From contig JBALDB010000007.1 in assembly GCA_036918135.1 (NCBI GenBank), positions 320,001-384,000 on the forward strand: a DNA stretch of 64,000 bases. Direction: 5' to 3'. This document shows positions 20,889 to 32,062 of this stretch, one piece after another. A program made the position numbers and the translations under genes. How positions within the stretch are numbered: the stretch's first letter is position 1; every line of letters begins with the position of its first letter. Source of the stretch: Nostoc sp. GTDB lineage: Bacteria; Cyanobacteriota; Cyanobacteriia; Cyanobacteriales; Nostocaceae. A model generated the notes under the pieces. The model was not told the origin of the DNA. It saw only the letters and a program-made list of their open reading frames with translations, and searched no databases.

Positions 20889-21664
20889 CCCGACCTGAAT
20901 CGCAACATTTCTTTACATTGAGCGGGCGCGATCGCCCGTTAACAGTTTTCACTGGCTTGAGAACAAATAACGTCTTTTTATTTGATAACAATTTTGGGAC
21001 TTTGTTTTTTCTGAGTGTAACCTCGGAATGATTGATTGACTGCCTTTTGTATATGCACTGAGATAGATGCATATAAGTAGTAATTTTTTCAGTAAATTTT
21101 CTCAAATATTTTCTGGGAATTTCACAAGATAGGCTTGAAAAATAAGCTGTTTGTGAATATTTAGTTTTTTGGCTATTTTTAATTTTATTGACAAATTTAA
21201 CAACGATATTTACGTAAATTTCAAGTGTCACAAATTTTGTTATAATTTCAGCCTCAGTAATTTCTTTTACAAATGCTCTCGAAAATTCATTAAATCTTCA
21301 AGAATAAAAAGTTTGAGCAGTCTTCTGAAAGAGCTAAAGTTTTGTTAAGATGCAATTGCTAGCACTTTTTGCACGAAATTCACCTATCACTATGTGGAGA
21401 ATTAAAAAGTATTAGCGGTACAAAGTTAAGAAGGTGAAGCAATGACCACCTATATTTTTTTCGACGAAGCCCTACGAATGCTGACCAACGCTTTTTTGAT
21501 ATCAGCAATACTGTTAATAGCAGCTTCTGGTATAGGCTTGGCAGTAATTGAAACAATAGAAAAGACGGGAGAACGCTAACACAGATACCAGTGTACTTAT
21601 TGCCAAAAACCATTGGGTGCAAGTGTTCGCTGTGAAACAATTTTGGGAACACTAAACCATAAAA

Positions 21665-21732
21665 GTCTCACAGCGTTGCAGTATTACCTGGAAGTCCAGC
21701 AAATACACAGGTAACTGTATCGCTTTTGAGAC
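21665..21732 (+). ncRNA. Candidate structured 5' leader RNA upstream of the terB-family gene
   Basis: Nested helices GTCTCA/TGAGAC, AGCG/CGCT, TGCAG/CTGTA and TTACCTG/CAGGTAA, ending just before the AAGGAG RBS. Confidence 0.4.
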
Positions 21733-21753
21733 CTTAAATAAGGAGCTACTACA

Positions 21754-22200
21754 ATGGATATATTCGATGCTGTGTTGGTTACAGAAAGTCAAACCCAACC
21801 AGTACTAAATCCAGCGGAAGCTTTTGCTGTTATAGTCTTGACGGCAACAGCCCCAGACGGTTACCTTTCCGTCGAGCAAGCAGATTCTATCACTTGTGCG
21901 TTATCTCGAATGAAACTTTTTAAAAGCTATCCTTATGAGATGATAAAGAGTCTGTTCGATAAAATCTTATCTATTTTCCAGGGGGATCATTTTAATACTT
22001 TATTTAATGCTGCCAAAGATTCTCTATCTCAAGATTTGCGCGAAACAGCTTTTGCAGTAGCCACAGATTTAGTCTTGGCTGAAGGTATAGTAGCCGAAGA
22101 AGAAAAAAACTTTTTAAATGATTTATATCAAGCTTTAGGCGTTTCCAGGGAGATAGCAATACAAATTATGCAAGTAATCTTGATTAAAAATCGGGGATAG
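21754..22200 (+). CDS. TerB-family (tellurite-resistance-like) protein
   Basis: AEAFAVI...DGYLS..E, LRETAFAVATDLVLAEG, EEKNFLNDLYQALG, IKNRG end. Confidence 0.85.
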   Translation: MDIFDAVLVTESQTQPVLNPAEAFAVIVLTATAPDGYLSVEQADSITCALSRMKLFKSYPYEMIKSLFDKILSIFQGDHFNTLFNAAKDSLSQDLRETAFAVATDLVLAEGIVAEEEKNFLNDLYQALGVSREIAIQIMQVILIKNRG

Positions 22201-22511
22201 GACAATAGAAAATATTTCCAACTTTAATTATATAAAATATAAATAGCTAATAAACTATGCTAAAGAAGTTCAGCTTTTTTGGCATTAATTTTTTGATTGT
22301 TCGCACTGTTCTCACCTTAACTTATTTAATAAATCGGCAATCTCACTTTTTACAAATGATTTAGAACTCCAATAGCAATTTGATTTGATTGCGTGAAGAA
22401 AATACTCTACAACTTCAGGCAAGTGACAAGAGTTAACAGGCAATTAATTTTTTCTTATTGACTATTGCCTACATTATCAAAAACTGTCAGATTCACAAAT
22501 TGGTTGTTAGT

Positions 22512-22931
22512 TTATACAATATTATTCGACAACCGATCGCGAATGATTTGAAGTTGCTCTTGAGTCTTAATTGGAGCTCGTGGTATTGGTAATTCAGTAT
22601 TAGGCCAGGTAGGTAAATCATTGCAGGGACATGACGAAGGTGGCATTCCAAGATTTTTTATAGGTATCGGCATTGTGCAGCGACAGCAAGACTGCATATC
22701 CCATGCGGATGTCAGTAATTCGCTAATGGTTTGCTCTGTACCTTCCAAATAACAGTCATCAGATTCGAGAGAGAGAATTTTCTCCCAGCATTGTTCAAAC
22801 TCTCCACTATAGCGATCGCCATCTAGCACTCGTTGAGGCAAAATAGTTGCCTTGCCGTTGCCTACGATTACTCTTTTACCGAGTTGAAACCAGTATGCAA
22901 GATATGCTTTAACTTCTTGTTTGGTAGCCAT
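22512..22931 (-). CDS. Conserved cyanobacterial hypothetical protein (Cys-rich C-terminus)
   Basis: YLAYWFQLGK, LEGTEQTI, CCRC..P, CPCNDLPTWPN. Confidence 0.8.
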   Translation of the reverse strand: MATKQEVKAYLAYWFQLGKRVIVGNGKATILPQRVLDGDRYSGEFEQCWEKILSLESDDCYLEGTEQTISELLTSAWDMQSCCRCTMPIPIKNLGMPPSSCPCNDLPTWPNTELPIPRAPIKTQEQLQIIRDRLSNNIV

Positions 22932-22987
22932 AGCATAATTTTAGATTTTAATGAGGATATTTCGGAGGTTGAATGTTTAATTTGGAA

Positions 22988-23536
22988 TTAAAACTTTGGC
23001 GTCGGCAATGGTGAACCAAGAAGACTAAGATTGAGAACATGACCGCCAGTGATTAAATAAACAGTATCACATAAAGCACCTAGCTGTCGCACTAGAGAAC
23101 CCAGGCGATCGCGGAACGTTCTGCCAGTGGGATAAGCTGGCACTACACCCCAACCCACTTCTTCTGCTACAAACAGCATATCAGCAGCCACCAGATCCAC
23201 TGTCTCTAATAACTCTGTAAGAATATTTTCCCAAGCTTGGTTGTCTTGTTCTAGAAGATTAGCTACCCAAGTTCCTAAAGAATCAACTAAAACACTGGTA
23301 TGGGGTTTGGCATCAGCAAGGGTAGCAGACAGTTCCACAGGTACAGATACAGTTACCCAGTCTTGAGGACGACGTTTTTGGTGTTCTAAAATGCGTTTGT
23401 GCCATTCTGGATCGTTTGGGTTATCAGTAGCTGTTGCCACGTAAATAACTGGTTTACCCGATTGCATGGCCAGAGTCTCTGCCCATTCACTTTTACCACA
23501 TCTGGCTGGCCCTGTTACTAAAATGACTTTACCCAA
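22988..23536 (-). CDS. cobU: Adenosylcobinamide kinase / adenosylcobinamide-phosphate guanylyltransferase
   Basis: LVTGPARCGKS, YVATA, RILEHQKRRP, EEVGWGVVP, FRDRLG. TTG start. Confidence 0.92.
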   Translation of the reverse strand: MGKVILVTGPARCGKSEWAETLAMQSGKPVIYVATATDNPNDPEWHKRILEHQKRRPQDWVTVSVPVELSATLADAKPHTSVLVDSLGTWVANLLEQDNQAWENILTELLETVDLVAADMLFVAEEVGWGVVPAYPTGRTFRDRLGSLVRQLGALCDTVYLITGGHVLNLSLLGSPLPTPKF

Positions 23537-23885
23537 ATTTTTTCCTAAGTATTTTCACAATATGGTTATGCATTGCAGTTTATCATCACAGCAGTGCTTA
23601 GTGTTGAATGTTGAGTACCCAATGCTCAATCCCTATTAAAGGCAGTTTTTTATTTCATAAGTTAAGATTTTTGATTCTAAATAACTTTTAAAAGATAAAA
23701 TTAGCACCAGCATCATTGAAAATTAATAATTACAGTAGATTTTAAGTTGTTGAAGTAAACAAACTAAGTCTGGTAGCTGGGGATAAAGCCTGTTTTACTT
23801 CTGACTTGGATAATTCACCAATTCTGCTGTATCTTTCATGTCGAGATTCAAATCCCACTGATAACCAAATAGCACACTATAGGAT

Positions 23886-24698
23886 ATGTTTATGAAACCA
23901 GGCTTAAAACGTATTGAAGCAACTTTACATGATTTAGGGACTCGTGGCACTGATGCTGTGGAAGCAGGAGATTCAACCAAACGGCCTTTCTCTTTTAGAA
24001 TCAGCGTCAATGCTAACGAACCGACAAAAAGCACACACCAGACTCTATCTTCTGAGGATGGTGAAGTCAAAGCACAAGGACAAACAGCCGACCTTAGCGT
24101 CGATACTGAACAAAATTTATTTCGCCAGCATGATTCTGTGCAAACCTTTCAAACAGAAGAGAACGGTGGCAAAACACCCAGCCTACCCAAGTTCAAAACT
24201 CCCAGCATTAGTAGCCATCGCCACGGAGCAAATCCCGGCTTAGCGATGAATCTACTGCAAGAAATTCAGGAAAGCGTCGCTGCTTGGCAAATAGAACTAC
24301 AAAATATTTTGCAGCAAATCCAAGATATTTATTTAGAAGGGCCAATTGTCAATGGCTGGTTAGAATCCAATGCTCAGGAACCAGAACTAGGAGGAACTGC
24401 AACACTCCGCCATGCAGAAATTGACCGCTTAATGAACTACGTGGAAGAAATTTGTGCCAATGGTGGAAAAGTATCCTATCAATCGTCTAGTACTAGCTAT
24501 CGCCTCTGCGGTGTAGACGATTCTGGTAAAGTTTGGTCGCGCCCATGTCCAGCGGATCAGGTTCCTAATGTTAGCATAGCGATCGCTCGTTACCAAAAGT
24601 TACGTCAACTGCTAGGGCGTAAGCAAACTTTGGAAACCCGTCTGGCTCAACTGGCTCAAAGTCTTGTAGTTTTACATAGTCATATTCAACAAACATGA
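23886..24698 (+). CDS. Conserved hypothetical protein (cyanobacterial, coiled-coil)
   Basis: 270-aa ORF; IYLEGPIVNGWLES and AIARYQKLRQLL segments. Confidence 0.75.
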   Translation: MFMKPGLKRIEATLHDLGTRGTDAVEAGDSTKRPFSFRISVNANEPTKSTHQTLSSEDGEVKAQGQTADLSVDTEQNLFRQHDSVQTFQTEENGGKTPSLPKFKTPSISSHRHGANPGLAMNLLQEIQESVAAWQIELQNILQQIQDIYLEGPIVNGWLESNAQEPELGGTATLRHAEIDRLMNYVEEICANGGKVSYQSSSTSYRLCGVDDSGKVWSRPCPADQVPNVSIAIARYQKLRQLLGRKQTLETRLAQLAQSLVVLHSHIQQT

Positions 24699-24833
24699 AG
24701 TTTTAAAGATTTTTTCCGAAAAAACTCGGTTGGTGGGTAGATAAATTTTGGTTTAGATTAACAAAGAGCAAATGTGCATTAGATTTAATATTTTAATCTC
24801 TAATCCCAAATCTCAAATTCCAAATTTAAATCT

Positions 24834-25766
24834 ATGCCAGATATCCAAATCTCTGCCATTATCTGTACCCATAATCGAGATGCCTACTTAGGGGCTGCGA
24901 TTGATAGTCTTTTAGCGCAGGATTTTGCTGCTAATTTTGAAGTTGTAGTAGTTGATAATGGGTCTAGCGATCGCACCCAGGAAGTAGTAGAACAAAGAAT
25001 TGACAATCCTCGCTTGAAGTATGTCTTTGAACCCACCATCGGTTTATCCGTTGCCCGCAACACAGGTGCTAAAGTAGCTAGTGCTGATATTCTGGCTTAT
25101 CTGGATGACGATGCCGTTGCGAGCAAGGGCTGGCTGCAAATTTTATATTTTGCCTATTACAATAACTCTAAACTAGCGATCGCAGGTGGCAAAGTCACTC
25201 TCCTCTGGCCTGAAGGAATCCAACAACCACGGTGGCTATCTCCAGGACTAGCTGCAAATCTGGGTGCATACGACTTGGGTGACAGTACCATCTACATAGA
25301 GCAACCCGGCTCAACACCGAGAGGCTTAAATTACTCTATCCGTCGCAGTTTCTTAAAAGAAATTGGTGGTTTCGATCCTCATCTTGGTCGAGTGGGGAAA
25401 AATCTCTTATCTAACGAAGAACTACAAATGACCGAATTTGCCTTACAACGTGGTTGGCAAGTCGCTTATCTTCCCGAAGCACTAGTCGCTCACAATGTTG
25501 CTCCAGAACGCCTCCAACGCTCTTGGTTTTTAAACCGAGGCTGGTGGCAAGGTATTAGTGAGTGCTATCGAGAACAACTCGCTGGCAAAGCTGGTATCGC
25601 TCAATTGCAACGAGGCAGCGAACGATTTTTACGTGGCTTGTATAAGGCATTGCAATATTTCTTTGACCCAGCAGAACGGTTTGATAAACTTGTGTATGCT
25701 TACGGTCAGATTGGCTATTTAAATGCCGCTATTCAAGGTCTTTTATCGACATCAAATAAGAAGTAA
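24834..25766 (+). CDS. Glycosyltransferase family 2
   Basis: IICTHNR, VVDNGSSD, GLSVARNTG, YLDDDA. Confidence 0.92.
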   Translation: MPDIQISAIICTHNRDAYLGAAIDSLLAQDFAANFEVVVVDNGSSDRTQEVVEQRIDNPRLKYVFEPTIGLSVARNTGAKVASADILAYLDDDAVASKGWLQILYFAYYNNSKLAIAGGKVTLLWPEGIQQPRWLSPGLAANLGAYDLGDSTIYIEQPGSTPRGLNYSIRRSFLKEIGGFDPHLGRVGKNLLSNEELQMTEFALQRGWQVAYLPEALVAHNVAPERLQRSWFLNRGWWQGISECYREQLAGKAGIAQLQRGSERFLRGLYKALQYFFDPAERFDKLVYAYGQIGYLNAAIQGLLSTSNKK

Positions 25767-25790
25767 TCAATATCATAAATTATACTCAAT

Positions 25791-26744
25791 ATGTCATCTA
25801 AAATACCAGTTTCCGTATTAATTCCGGCGAAAAACGAACAAGTCAACTTGCCAGCTTGTCTCGCTAGCCTCAGCAAAGCAGATGAAATATTTGTAGTCGA
25901 TTCTCAAAGTACCGATAATAGTGTTGAGATTGCTAAAAGTTATGGTGCAAATGTCGTCCAATTTAAGTTTAATGGACATTGGCCTAAAAAGAAAAATTGG
26001 TCTTTAGATAATCTCCCTTTTCGTAACGAATGGGTACTAATTGTAGATTGTGATGAACGCATCCCCCCCGAACTTTGGGAAGAAATAGAACAAGCAATTC
26101 GTCAGGATGAATATGCAGGTTATTATCTCAATCGCCGAGTATTTTTCTTAGGAAAATGGATTCGTTATGGTGGGAAATATCCCGATTGGAATTTACGTTT
26201 ATTTAAACATCAAAAAGGACGCTACGAAAACCTACATACCGAAGATATTCCCAACACTGGCGACAACGAAGTTCACGAACATGTAATTTTACAGGGTAAA
26301 GTTGGGTATCTCAAAAATGATATGCTTCACGAAGACTTCCGTGACCTTTATCACTGGTTAGAACGACATAACCGTTATTCAAATTGGGAAGCTCGCGTTT
26401 ATTATAATATTCTTACAGGTCAGGATGATAGCGGCACTATCGGCGCGAATTTATTTGGTGATGCAGTGCAACGCAAGCGCTTTTTGAAAAAAGTATGGGT
26501 ACATTTGCCATTTAAACCGATTTTACGATTTGTTTTATTTTATTTTATTCAACGCGGTTTTTTGGATGGCAAAGCAGGATATATATATGCACGTTTGCTG
26601 AGTCAATATGAATATCAAATAGGGGTTAAACTTTACGAATTACGTAACTGTGGTGGTCATCTAAATACTGCAACTACACCAAAGCAAGCAGATGGGGAGA
26701 TGAGGGAGATGAGGGAAATGAGGGAGATGAGGGAGATAGGGTGA
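25791..26744 (+). CDS. Glycosyltransferase family 2; C-terminus encoded by a 9-bp repeat (EMREMREMRE)
   Basis: LIPAKNE, VDSQSTD, IVDCDE, VHEH; GAGATGAGG repeats at about 26693-26760. Confidence 0.9.
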   Translation: MSSKIPVSVLIPAKNEQVNLPACLASLSKADEIFVVDSQSTDNSVEIAKSYGANVVQFKFNGHWPKKKNWSLDNLPFRNEWVLIVDCDERIPPELWEEIEQAIRQDEYAGYYLNRRVFFLGKWIRYGGKYPDWNLRLFKHQKGRYENLHTEDIPNTGDNEVHEHVILQGKVGYLKNDMLHEDFRDLYHWLERHNRYSNWEARVYYNILTGQDDSGTIGANLFGDAVQRKRFLKKVWVHLPFKPILRFVLFYFIQRGFLDGKAGYIYARLLSQYEYQIGVKLYELRNCGGHLNTATTPKQADGEMREMREMREMREIG

Positions 26745-26855
26745 TGGGGAGATAAGGAGACAAGGGGACAAGGGGACAGGAAGAATAATAACTCCTCAGT
26801 CAACAGTCAACACTGCCCGTTTATTCCATGCCCAATGACTAATGACTAATGACTA

Positions 26856-27422
26856 ATGACTAATGATAAACCTTTCGTAGATTTACGTAAATATGACCAA
26901 TCTTGGTTCGATCGCGGGCGTCCAGGTTGGTATATTTTATTATGGTGGGTTGTACAAGCGATCGCCTTTCCGCTGACTCCTCAACCGTTAAATATTCTAC
27001 GTTGTACTCTACTACGATTATTTGGCGCTCGTATTGGTAAAGGCGTATTAATTCGACCCACCGCCCGTTTTACTTACCCTTGGAAAATTACTATAGGCAA
27101 TTACAGTTGGATTGGAGATAACGTAGTTTTATACAGCCTCGATCGAATTAACATCGGCGAACACTGCATAATTTCCCAAAAAAGTTATCTCTGTACTGGT
27201 AGTCATGATATCCAAGACCCTGCCTTTGGTTTGAAAACAGCGACTATCACCATTGAAAATGGCGCATGGGTGGCGACAGATTGTTTCGTTGGGCCGGGAG
27301 TAAAAATTGGGGCTAATGCTGTGATTGGCGCTCGTAGTAGTGTTTTTACTAATATGCCCTCTGGGCAAGTTTGCTGGGGAAGCCCCTGTCGTCCAAATAA
27401 AGTCCGGATAAAACTCGATTGA
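26856..27422 (+). CDS. WcaF-family hexapeptide acetyltransferase (probably HpsU-like, hormogonium polysaccharide)
   Basis: LLRLFGARIG, YPWKITIG, YLCTGSHD, left-handed beta-helix repeats; follows two GT2 genes. Confidence 0.85.
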   Translation: MTNDKPFVDLRKYDQSWFDRGRPGWYILLWWVVQAIAFPLTPQPLNILRCTLLRLFGARIGKGVLIRPTARFTYPWKITIGNYSWIGDNVVLYSLDRINIGEHCIISQKSYLCTGSHDIQDPAFGLKTATITIENGAWVATDCFVGPGVKIGANAVIGARSSVFTNMPSGQVCWGSPCRPNKVRIKLD

Positions 27423-27610
27423 GGTTGATGAGTAATGACTGTTGACTGTTGAGAGTGGAATATTTTTTTATTTGTCAGTTCCTTACAAGTAATATTTGAA
27501 GTCATTAGTCATTGGTCATTGGTCATTTGTCAGAGCGTCCCCCTATTTCCCAGTCCCTATACGCAATGAGTGATAATATGTTTTTATGGCTGCTCTAATC
27601 CTTGCTATTG

Positions 27611-28099
27611 ATGAACAAATTATTGGATGAAACGCTGTCAATCAAAGTTGCTGAACGCATAAACAGCAGAGCTAGCACTCCGTTTGATAATGCTTACAAA
27701 GCAGCATTGTCCACTGAGGGAGCAAAATACGTTCAAGGATTTTTAACTTTTGTTGGAAAGCCATACAGACCGATTGAACACAGTTGGATTGAGCTAGGCG
27801 ATGGTTCCAGCAATGACTCTCCAGTACGCATTGTCGATCCTACATTACCCCACCTGAAAAAAAATCCTCAACAACTTTGGTATTTTGCTGCACAAAAGCT
27901 AACAGTGAAAAAACTCAAAGCCATCATTGAAGAATCAAAAGAAGATTATCCGGAAGACGATCCGTTACCTATTTATGGAGACCCACCTTATGAATATTAC
28001 GGTGACGTGATGTTAGGTGGTCAAGACTATTTAGCAGCATATCAAGCAGCAGAAGCTAAGTGTAAAGAAATCAACGAACTCAACCCTGAAAGGAACTAA
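27611..28099 (+). CDS. Conserved hypothetical protein
   Basis: YVQGFL...IEHSWIE...IVDPT resembles a transglutaminase-like H-x-W...D core (inference). Confidence 0.7.
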   Translation: MNKLLDETLSIKVAERINSRASTPFDNAYKAALSTEGAKYVQGFLTFVGKPYRPIEHSWIELGDGSSNDSPVRIVDPTLPHLKKNPQQLWYFAAQKLTVKKLKAIIEESKEDYPEDDPLPIYGDPPYEYYGDVMLGGQDYLAAYQAAEAKCKEINELNPERN

Positions 28100-28135
28100 C
28101 AAAAGTCAATTAAATAATTCGTAATTCTGAATTAT

Positions 28136-28534
28136 TTAATATGATTTTCCATCGCTACCAAAATATTCCCGATAACCACAAATTTGGTTTCCACGTACAT
28201 CAAAGGAAACCGCTACCCGATTTTTGTAAGGCTGTCCAAACAAAGGTCCCTCATCTCGAAATTCAAAAACAGCCGTTGTTTCATTGCTAGTAACATTGTC
28301 TAGATTAGTCAACTTCAAACCAGGACTGAAAGATTCAGAAACATACTCAAAAAATTCTCTTGCTCGTTCTTTTCCCGTATTTAAACCGTGAAATTTTCCC
28401 ATAGGAAACCAAAGAGTAAAATCTTCTGTGAGCATATCTAATAAGGCTTCCCACTCTCCTGTTGCCATACCATGCGTCAGATTCTCAAATGCCTGCCGAG
28501 CAACTTTTAAAGTATTTTCTGACTCTTGTGTCAT
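28136..28534 (-). CDS. NTF2/SnoaL-like fold protein
   Basis: LLDMLTEDFTLWFP, YKNRVAVSFDVRGNQICGYREYFG. Confidence 0.85.
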   Translation of the reverse strand: MTQESENTLKVARQAFENLTHGMATGEWEALLDMLTEDFTLWFPMGKFHGLNTGKERAREFFEYVSESFSPGLKLTNLDNVTSNETTAVFEFRDEGPLFGQPYKNRVAVSFDVRGNQICGYREYFGSDGKSY

Positions 28535-28705
28535 TTTGATTTGCCTTTAATATTTAAGTTTTATACAATTTTGCTTTTTAAGTTATAAATTTACTACTAT
28601 TAGTAAGTTTTGCTAATTCATATTGGAAAAATTATACATAATTTAATTAATCGTAAAAGTATTTATGTAGTAGAAAGTTAGTTAATTGCCAAATTAAGGA
28701 GATGC

Positions 28706-29149
28706 ATGATGTCTAAGCGCGAAGCCATTATTCCAAAAGGGATGGAAATTCTTTTTGAAAAGTTTCATTATTGTCCTGGGATCAAAATTGGCAATACCTT
28801 ATATATTTCCGGACAGGTAGGCAGAGATCAGAATTTGCAAGTTGTTAAGGGAATAGAAGCTCAGTTTGTTCAAGCTTTTGAGAATGTTAATCAAGTGCTA
28901 AAAGCAGGAGGAGCTACATTCGATAATGTAGTTGAAATGATTACATACCATGTCACTGGAGCAGGACTAGGCGAATTCCAAACAGAAGCAGTATCACCTC
29001 ATATCATTCCATTTTTGCCAATCTTTATGCAGGTAAAAGACCGCTATTTTACCAACAACTTTCCTACTTGGACTGGACTGGGAGTAACGGGGCTATCTAC
29101 CCCAGGACTAATTGTTGAAATTAAGTGTACAGCAATTATTGATAGCTAA
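28706..29149 (+). CDS. RidA/YjgF/UK114 family protein
   Basis: LYISGQVG, QAFENV..VL, FPTWTGLGV..L, VEIKCTA. Confidence 0.88.
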   Translation: MMSKREAIIPKGMEILFEKFHYCPGIKIGNTLYISGQVGRDQNLQVVKGIEAQFVQAFENVNQVLKAGGATFDNVVEMITYHVTGAGLGEFQTEAVSPHIIPFLPIFMQVKDRYFTNNFPTWTGLGVTGLSTPGLIVEIKCTAIIDS

Positions 29150-30150
29150 AATCTGACAACTACTTTACCGCAATTTTGACCACTAAGCAAATATTCGACA
29201 GCAGCCGGAATTGATTCTATGCCGTTAAACTGAGTTGGGTCAATAGCAACTTTTACCTTGTCGGTGTAGAACAAATTTAATAGGCGATCGCGTGCCTCTA
29301 CCATATATTCTTTATAATGAGGCATGAGAAAACCTCTCACAGAAGCTGCTTTCCAAAATAGCTGGTGATAAATTCGTGGTTGTGTAATTTGTTCGCGATT
29401 CTTTGCGTATTCAGAAATAAAACCAACCACTACTAACCGACCCCGCACTGCCAAGTTTTCAACGCAGGTATCAAATACGTCTTTGCCTACACACTCAAAA
29501 ATGAGATTAATCCCGTTAGGATATTCTTGCTTGAGGACTTGATTGAGGTTTTCTGTGCGATAGTTGATAGTGCGATCGCACCCTAATTCTCTCAATAACT
29601 TTGCCTTCGCCTCAGAACTACAAGTACCAATCACATGATTACCTGCAAGTTTTGCCAGTTGCACCGCAATATGACCAGTTCCCCCTGCTGCTGCTGTCAC
29701 TAAAACTACTTCATTACTTTTCATCTCTCCCAGTTGTTCCAATGCAACTAAAGCTGATACACCTGTAGGCATTAGTGTTAGCAACTCTGGCGTTGCTTGG
29801 CGTACCTTCACAGCTAAGTTTGCGTCGATAACTTGATATTCTCGATAACCACCACGTACAGTAGTTACTACAGCATCACCTATTTGAAAATCTTTAACAT
29901 TTTCACCCATAGCGATAACTTCTCCCACAGCTTCCACACCTAAATCAAAGGGAGGCATTAAGTTGATATAGGGAACCTCCCCACGACAAAGTAAGGTATC
30001 AAAGCCACCGTTAATACCAGCAAACTTGTTTTGAATTAAAAGTTCACTAGCAGCAGGTTCGGAAATAGGAATTTCAACAATTTCAACGGCAGATTTAAAA
30101 TCTTGGTTAAGTTGCTTTGCTATTAATTTTTTGTAAGTTTTTGGGTTCAT
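29146..30150 (-). CDS. NADPH-dependent MDR oxidoreductase (prostaglandin reductase 3/ZADH2-like)
   Basis: PPFDLGVEAVG, VTAAAGGTG, IFECVG, GKVVV; no catalytic Zn ligands. Confidence 0.88.
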   Translation of the reverse strand: MNPKTYKKLIAKQLNQDFKSAVEIVEIPISEPAASELLIQNKFAGINGGFDTLLCRGEVPYINLMPPFDLGVEAVGEVIAMGENVKDFQIGDAVVTTVRGGYREYQVIDANLAVKVRQATPELLTLMPTGVSALVALEQLGEMKSNEVVLVTAAAGGTGHIAVQLAKLAGNHVIGTCSSEAKAKLLRELGCDRTINYRTENLNQVLKQEYPNGINLIFECVGKDVFDTCVENLAVRGRLVVVGFISEYAKNREQITQPRIYHQLFWKAASVRGFLMPHYKEYMVEARDRLLNLFYTDKVKVAIDPTQFNGIESIPAAVEYLLSGQNCGKVVVRF

Positions 30151-30432
30151 TCCAAATTTTAGGTTTAGCTTATTCATCAATTATTATTTTTAATGTCAGT
30201 CAGTATTGGACTTTGACAAAAAAGCTGTGTTCCTGTAAATATTGACTTTGTTAGCGAATTGCGATCGCTATCCTCAAAGCTTTGAGATGTCGTAGCGTCT
30301 CACCCCAGAAATTGGAGTTCATATGAATTAGCCAACAAAGTCCTGATATTTGCCAACCAGCTTCTTTTTACCCAAAGTCCAAAAAGTGCCTGAGATAGAA
30401 ACAACAATTTTTAAATTTTTGAGTAATATATG

Positions 30433-31812
30433 CTACTCTTTTGCCAAAGGATTATACCAGCGATCGCTCGGCAAGAGCAGTTTATCTGACTCAGGCGGGC
30501 CCCATGTATTTGGCTCATACTCGTAAACAGGTGTAACGTTATCGAGAATTGCCTGGACAATTCGCCATTCCTCTTCTACAGTATCTTCCCTTACAGACAA
30601 GGTGGGATCGCCCCGCATAGCATCACCCAATAAACGTTCATAGGGTTCCATCTCGTTGCCACCTCCGTAAAATGACAACAGTTCAACCGCAGAGCCGCTC
30701 ATGTCTTCTCCAGGGATTTTGGCACGAGTACCCAATGCCACAATTACCTCCGGCTCTAGTAAAAAACGAACATAATTAGTGTTTTCTTTTCCTTCCTCAT
30801 GGAACACATCTAGAGGTGGACACTTGAGCTTGACCATTACCTCAGTAGTTTTAACAGGCAAGTTCTTCCCAGCCCTGATGTAAATAGGAACTCCTGACCA
30901 CCGCCACGTATTAATAAAGAACCGCACGGCAACAAAAGTTTCTACTTGGGAATCAGGAGAAACACCTTCTTCGTTGCGGTAGCCGCAAAATTGACCGCGA
31001 ATAATATCATCGGGTTGCAGTGAAGGTATAGCTTTGAGAATACGCTCTTTTTCATCCCGGATGGCATCAAAAGCCGTACTGCCAGGAGCATCCATGCATA
31101 CTGAAGCCAATACTTGCAGCATATGGTTTTCCACTACATCCCGAATCGCACCAGTCTCCTCATAGAAGCGCCCCCGTCCTTGAATGCCAAAGTTCTCTGC
31201 CATAATTATCTGGATGCTTTCAACATAGTTGCGATTCCAGATTGGTTCCAGAAAAGAGTTGGCAAACCGAAAATAGAGTAAATTCAGCAGTGGTTCTTTA
31301 CCCAGGTAATGGTCGATGCGATAGATGGATGATTCGGGAAAAACTGATGTCACAATTTTATTTAATTCGCGTGCTGATTCTAAATCCCGTCCAAATGGTT
31401 TTTCAATTACCACCCGAGCATTTTTAGCACAGCCTGATTTGCCCAATCCTGTCACGACTTGTGCAAACAGGCTCGGTGGAATTGCCAGATAGTAAAGGGG
31501 ATGAGTTGCATCACCAAGGGCTTGACGTAATTTCTCGTAAGTTTCTGGTTTGTTGTAGTCACCTGAAAGGTACTGGAGTTGTGAGGAAAGTTTCTCAAAT
31601 GCGACTCGATCTACACCACCATGATGTTCTAGGCTATCACGTACCCTTTCCCTAAGTTGATCTGTTGTCCAAGATCGTCCAGCAACGCCAATCACTGGGA
31701 CATTGAGATTACCCCGCCGTGCCATTGCCTGAAGGCTGGGGAAGATTTTCTTGTAGGCCAGGTCGCCTGTCGCCCCAAAAAATACCAGTGCATCTGAATC
31801 AGGAGTTTCCAT
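30433..31812 (-). CDS. zwf: Glucose-6-phosphate 1-dehydrogenase (short paralogue, no adjacent opcA)
   Basis: [35 protein letters not shown]. Confidence 0.95.
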   Translation of the reverse strand: METPDSDALVFFGATGDLAYKKIFPSLQAMARRGNLNVPVIGVAGRSWTTDQLRERVRDSLEHHGGVDRVAFEKLSSQLQYLSGDYNKPETYEKLRQALGDATHPLYYLAIPPSLFAQVVTGLGKSGCAKNARVVIEKPFGRDLESARELNKIVTSVFPESSIYRIDHYLGKEPLLNLLYFRFANSFLEPIWNRNYVESIQIIMAENFGIQGRGRFYEETGAIRDVVENHMLQVLASVCMDAPGSTAFDAIRDEKERILKAIPSLQPDDIIRGQFCGYRNEEGVSPDSQVETFVAVRFFINTWRWSGVPIYIRAGKNLPVKTTEVMVKLKCPPLDVFHEEGKENTNYVRFLLEPEVIVALGTRAKIPGEDMSGSAVELLSFYGGGNEMEPYERLLGDAMRGDPTLSVREDTVEEEWRIVQAILDNVTPVYEYEPNTWGPPESDKLLLPSDRWYNPLAKE

Positions 31813-32062
31813 GACTAACCTCTTTAGGAATTAGCTTTTTCATGATGACCGCTCATATCGTTACTTTGCAGCCTTAAATTGTGAAAAATCACCAGATACT
31901 AGGACTTACTCTTACTCACCTTAAGTAAGTATTGGTAATATTTTTAATATTTAAATAATTTTCCCTCAATTGAGTAAAATTTGCTATTTTGTTTCCTCTG
32001 AATCCCTGCCATATACGTCGTCTGGACTACTTTACTCAGACAGTGTGGAGATAAAATTAAGC

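Noticed and set aside
20773..21652. 152-aa and 90-aa minus-strand ORFs
   Set aside because: AT-rich intergenic sequence, non-ATG starts, no motifs, and partial overlap with the HDAC gene.
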